A stretch of DNA of 64,000 nt, taken from the NCBI RefSeq assembly GCF_001194135.2, contig NC_069001.1, forward strand, positions 21,828,403 to 21,892,402, read 5' to 3'. The notes beneath the pieces are model-generated. The model searched no databases. It was not told where the DNA came from and saw only the letters and a list, made by a program, of their open reading frames with translations. The position numbers and the translations under genes were made by a program. Below are positions 61,583-64,000 of this stretch, in pieces (position 1 is the stretch's first letter; each line of letters starts with the position of its first letter). The stretch comes from Octopus bimaculoides. Taxonomy: Eukaryota.

Positions 61583-62248
61583 GTGACCATAATTCATTAC
61601 ATACCATTTATAAATATTTTGCGTTATGTTTTCTCCAGAAGATATAGAGAAGTCGGTTTGAAATCCTGAGAATATAAATATCTCAGTTTGATAATAATAA
61701 AAGAATTTGAAATTATAGGTGATGTAATATGTTTCAATTGTTGTTAATAACCATTGATTTCAGGATAAATTGTGTCCCTTGAGCTCAATAGATTTATGAT
61801 GTAGACGGATATATTTAGAAGTAATTATTGTTGTATATTGTCACAGTTGGAAATCATGCGATATTATATATCTTGATTTAAGAAAACGGGAGAGATTTGG
61901 AGCTATGTCTAATATATTGAGTTGTAAGAAATTACTAACATTGTAATTCCCAAAGATAATTAAGGTAAAATGATAACTCACATTTGCAATGTATAAAGTG
62001 AAGCCTATACCGTTCTGATACGTTAAGAAAGAAAATGTAAATATCTACGTTGTACAAGATTAACTTCCTTACAAGTACTAAGTATTCCAGTATATCTATC
62101 TCTACATCCTCCAAACACACACAAGCACACCCACACACACTTACATATATATATATATCTATATATCTATATATCTCTATATATATATATCTATATCTAT
62201 ATATGTGTATATATGCTTATATATATATGTATATACTTATATATATAA

Positions 62249-62315
<67 letters not shown>

Positions 62316-63864
62316 GAAATGGAGTTAAACTCAGGTGTTATTCATATCATTATACTTCCGACATCTGTTTCGAAGAAACCATTGATATTATTCTGGAAGG
62401 AATAAAATGATGCAAAACAATGCAATCATCTAATCAGGGAAGAAAAGAGAAACAAAACACATCAATAAGACATTTTAACCGAATGTGATTACTGCGTATA
62501 TGATTAAAGGGAATGCTGGCAAGTTATTTAAAAAAAAATAAAGTTAATAGATTTAAATTCAAAGGCAATTTAGAGAAACAGAAGGAGGAGAAATAAAGAA
62601 ATTTACAGAAAATTAAGAGTGGAGAAAATGGATGGGAATAAAGCTTAAAAGCGTGGCAATAGATATATGCAGTGGAAGTGAAATGTAAGAAGACAGTCAA
62701 AGGTCGAAGTTTATAGATTGGTAGAAATTACTTATAGGAACTAAAGGTATGTTTTTACCAATGTTTGCAACGATAAACGCGTTCTTTAAACGTCTTTACG
62801 AGAGAGTTCTCCGAAAACAGAATGGGATATTGTTCTTCGTTACAGAACGGACAAAAAGATTTGCCTTTATCATATGTAAAGGATCTAGATAGAATATTTC
62901 ATTCCAAATCAAATTGATTATTATGTTCCTTTAGAGACCAAATGAATTTACTAAGCCCAGTATTGTTGCGTTTATTGATACATCTAAATGTAGAGTAATG
63001 GTTAGATACACCTTTCGACAACTGAGATGAAGAACTATCTATGTAAAAAAGACATCAGAACCGGAAGTAACTTCACATTGATAAACAGAGTTTCTAGTTT
63101 TAGAATTACTGCTAGGGAAACGAATGCGATTCGAATTTACATCGGAAATAGTAATATTGTTGTTATTATTGTTATGCGAAGAGATGAATTGTAAAGGTTT
63201 TCGGTGTTTGAAAACCCCATTCTAATTCAATGTGAATTGGTAATGGAATTGTATCTTGAATTTTTGGGAAAATTCTTATCTATAGATTCACGAAACTGGT
63301 AAGGGAGGCTAGATTTGATATGCTTACCATATGGAATAATCAATCAAACAGTTTTACTTGGACATACCTTGTTATTAAGGTAAATATCTGTAAGTCCTAG
63401 ATTAACTTTTATTACGTATTAAGGGATTTAAAAAACAGTTACCTCCCTTACGCTACAAAGTTACAGTTTTCGATTTAGAGTTGTTGTTCAAACTAAAATT
63501 TATATTGTTATTACCGTTATGACATGTTTTTATGTCCTGATTAATAGAGGTAGAATTAATGTCAACAGGTAATTTTTTCCTTTATAGCCATTTTTCAGTC
63601 AGGCAGAGTTATAAAATTCGGCTTTATCGTTGAAGATATCAACATTGGTAGATAATCTAGAAAGTCTAAGTGAAATATTTCTAATTTCCTTGTAATAGCA
63701 TTTGAAGAGCTGATATATTTTAAATTAGTTGACGGTTTATGGTATGGGAAATATGAATCATTATATATGTTAAACACTAATATCTAAAAAGTTGGCTTTA
63801 GTTATCCATTCACCGAAAACAATGCTTAAGCCCATGTTACATATATATATACACACAAATATAT

Positions 63865-63907
<43 letters not shown>

Positions 63908-64000
63908 TATATATATATAAACATATATACTTGCATACATATATATATATATACGTACATATATGTGCAGATATATGTGCACATATATACATGCATAAAT

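Noticed and set aside
63040-63130. ETS motif ACCGGAAGT as a promoter
   Set aside because: A single motif without a supporting cluster or first exon.

Overview
AT-rich, scaffolded eukaryotic DNA with many N gaps and very dense (TA)n, (CA)n, (GA)n, (TATC)n and (AAT)n microsatellites. The repeat content suggests a cephalopod (Octopus-like) genome; this is inference only. No intact, recognisable host gene is present, and most ORFs in the supplied track are microsatellite or gap artefacts. The window is a mosaic of decayed mobile elements: at least six Penelope-like element (PLE) relics, R4/Dong-type LINEs next to (AAT)n tracts, an internally deleted L1/Tx1 element, several tRNA-derived SINE families, a Helitron, a mariner, and hAT and mariner MITEs. 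Four observations stand out. (1) A PLE insertion bounded by a perfect 12-bp direct repeat (13749-14705) carries, as one unit, a GIY-YIG ORF end, a tRNA-derived Pol III A/B-box head, an (AAT)n tract and a minimal hammerhead ribozyme. (2) About seven unrelated minimal type I hammerhead motifs occur in 64 kb; one has a fully intact core (59785-59854) and one is an A6U variant with perfect stems (3527-3563). (3) A 257-codon stop-free minus-strand frame (23518-24291) is absent from the ORF track and ends in ITIM-like tyrosine motifs. (4) A telomere-repeat array sits inside a Helentron/HINE-like frame of inverted repeats. There is also a CCAAT/CRE/ETS promoter-like island (~26.75-26.95 kb) and a few phase-compatible exon candidates. 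All translations and folds were done by eye; element boundaries are approximate unless stated.
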